Part shown: positions 62,362-64,000 of the stretch, one piece after another | How positions within the stretch are numbered: position 1 is the first letter of the stretch | Layout of the letters: every line of letters begins with the position of its first letter | Origin: Alphaproteobacteria bacterium | GTDB lineage: Bacteria; Pseudomonadota; Alphaproteobacteria; UBA6615 | Reading direction: 5' to 3' | DNA: 64,000 nt | Assembly: GCA_965261975.1 (NCBI GenBank) | Contig: CBDHEC010000047.1 | Location: 64,001-128,000 of the forward strand | The notes under the pieces: generated by a model | Database searches by the model: none | What the model was told of the DNA's origin: nothing | What the model saw: only the letters and a program-made list of their open reading frames with translations | Translations under genes and position numbers: made by a program

Positions 62362-63401
62362 GCGACGCGGCCGAACAGGCGCAGGCGGCTGACGCCGCCG
62401 TCGGGGAAGATGTTGAGCCGGACATGGGTGGCCGTGCCGAGGTCGCAGACCTGGTCGTCGACAAATTCATGCACCGCATCGGCGGAGAGTTTCTGCTGGG
62501 CGAGCAAGGTCGGCCAGTCTTCCGATGCCGCGATCGCGTCATCGCCGATATCGATGCCGGTCATGCCCAGGTCGATCGCCTGTATCGAACAGCTGTCGGG
62601 GTAGTTGCCCTTGAAATATGCGGTGTCCACGACGGTGCGGGAGATCGTGCCACGCACGCCGAGCGCCAGGATGATCCAGTCATGGCCCGGTCCGCGGCGT
62701 CGGCGGGTCTCCCAGCCATCGCCCATGTTCTGGCCCCGGCCCGGCGCGAGCAGCCGGTGATAGGTGCCGTAATGCGCATCCGAGTATCCGACGATCCGTC
62801 CGCCGTTGAGGGTCGCCACGAGATCGATGTCGCGGCCCTGGAGAGATGCGGGCTCCAGATAAGGGGTGCCAAACACCCGCAATCGCGCGACGCCGCCGTC
62901 GGGATGTATGTGAAAACGTAGATGGCTCCATACATTGTCGTCGGCACAACGCAGGAAATGATGGGAGTCGGGTTCGAGATGCTGCATGGGCAGCAGCTCG
63001 GTCCATTCCGTCCCGTCATCCGGGTCGCCGTCGGACAGGCAGGCCTCGATCCGGCATTCGGGCGGGTGATTGCCGGTGAAGAAGGATGTGTCCACGTCGA
63101 AACCGTCGATCGTGCCCGGCACCGCCAGCGCGATAATTGCGTGGTCGTGACCGCCGCCGCGCCGTCGCCGCGATTCCCAGCCGTCCATCCATTTACCGTG
63201 ATCGTCATATTTGTCGGTGATGAAGATCGGCGTGCTGTCCTGGAGCATGCGAACAAGGGGTGCGAAGAATTCATCGGTCGCCGACACGCCGCGTGCGCCC
63301 AGGCTCGCCGACGCCAGGTTGATCGCGTTGCGCGCGAAATCCGGCAGCTCGTGGGTCTGCAGCAGCGGTTTGCGTTCCATGTTCAGGGCGGCGTCAGTCA
63401 T
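62358..63401 (-). CDS. alc: Allantoicase
   Basis: Duplicated MDGWESRRRR / MGDGWETRRRR and PDGGV(A/S)RLR motifs. Confidence 0.94.
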   Translation of the reverse strand: MTDAALNMERKPLLQTHELPDFARNAINLASASLGARGVSATDEFFAPLVRMLQDSTPIFITDKYDDHGKWMDGWESRRRRGGGHDHAIIALAVPGTIDGFDVDTSFFTGNHPPECRIEACLSDGDPDDGTEWTELLPMQHLEPDSHHFLRCADDNVWSHLRFHIHPDGGVARLRVFGTPYLEPASLQGRDIDLVATLNGGRIVGYSDAHYGTYHRLLAPGRGQNMGDGWETRRRRGPGHDWIILALGVRGTISRTVVDTAYFKGNYPDSCSIQAIDLGMTGIDIGDDAIAASEDWPTLLAQQKLSADAVHEFVDDQVCDLGTATHVRLNIFPDGGVSRLRLFGRVA

Positions 63402-64000
63402 TGAGTAAGTCCTTCAGGCGCAGAAGCGCGATGCGTTCGACCTGGCGACAGGCCTCGGCGAATTCGGTCGCCCGGTCGTGTTCGACCCGGCGCTGGAAGG
63501 CGGCGAGGATATCCGCCTTGGTCAGCCCCTTCACCGCGATGATGAACGGGAAGCCGAACTTGTCGCGATAGGTCGTGTTGAGTTCCTCGAATGTCGCGCG
63601 CTCATCATCCGTGAGCGCATCGAGCCCGGCCGAGGCCTGTTCGGCAGTGGATTCATCAGTCAGGCGCTTGGCCTGGGCGAGCTTGCCCGCCAGGTCCGGA
63701 TGGGCGGTCAGCACGCCGAGATGTTCCTCCGCGCTGCCGGCACGGAACACCCGCGCCATGGCGTGGTGCAGCCCGGTCGCCGTGTCGTGAGCTGGGCCGA
63801 GTTCCAGTGCGTGGGCACGTTCGGCCACCCAGGGTGAATGTTCGAAGATGCCGCCATAGCGGGCGACGAATTCGTCCTTCGACAGGGTCGAGGGACGGTC
63901 GGTCAGGTCCGGCGGCGGAAAATGCGTGTGCCAGTGGCGCGCGATGTCGACCCGGCGGGCGAACCAGACTGCGTCATGAGACCGGACATATTCGACGAAG
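63394..64000 (-). CDS. PuuE allantoinase-OHCU decarboxylase (UraD) fusion, 3' part (runs off the window)
   Basis: Open frame from the edge: HDAVWFARRVDIARHW (PuuE C-end) continuing to GIFEHSPW, HPDLAGK, EQASAGL, FGFPFIIAV. Confidence 0.85.
   Translation of the reverse strand, partial: FVEYVRSHDAVWFARRVDIARHWHTHFPPPDLTDRPSTLSKDEFVARYGGIFEHSPWVAERAHALELGPAHDTATGLHHAMARVFRAGSAEEHLGVLTAHPDLAGKLAQAKRLTDESTAEQASAGLDALTDDERATFEELNTTYRDKFGFPFIIAVKGLTKADILAAFQRRVEHDRATEFAEACRQVERIALLRLKDLLND

Noticed and set aside
63394-64000. PuuE-UraD fusion as a novelty
   Set aside because: A known bifunctional arrangement in alphaproteobacterial purine catabolism clusters

Overview
GC-rich alphaproteobacterial chromosome segment (Rhodospirillales-like gene order, inferred). 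1-23.7 kb is mostly core genome: LysR, acnA, DUF1223, a glycosyltransferase broken by one in-frame stop, helicase-hsp15-terB-fdxA-carD, M48 protease, nuclease, pip, PagL-like, folM-like/folB, and an rpoE-chrR singlet-oxygen locus with furan/cyclopropane fatty-acid-type genes. That locus carries four TGATC(C/T)-N15-NCGTA promoters, one of which points into an ORF-less structured region. 23.8-59.1 kb is a ~35.3 kb genomic island in tRNA-Arg(CCT), bounded by 54-bp attL/attR repeats. Its minimal core is integrase, unknown ORF, AlpA-like HTH and an HTH-DnaA_N fusion; no relaxase, T4SS or capsid genes were seen. Cargo covers metal and thiol-redox homeostasis: a ZIP plus two-domain multicopper oxidase cassette between 241-bp direct repeats, CadA/CadR, CopA/CueR, Sco/PCuAC/CtaG, Dsb proteins, cytochromes c, and a CutF/CruR-like leader ORF. 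59.2-64 kb holds two hypothetical genes and a purine/allantoin catabolism operon. All calls come from manual motif recognition; no database searches were run.
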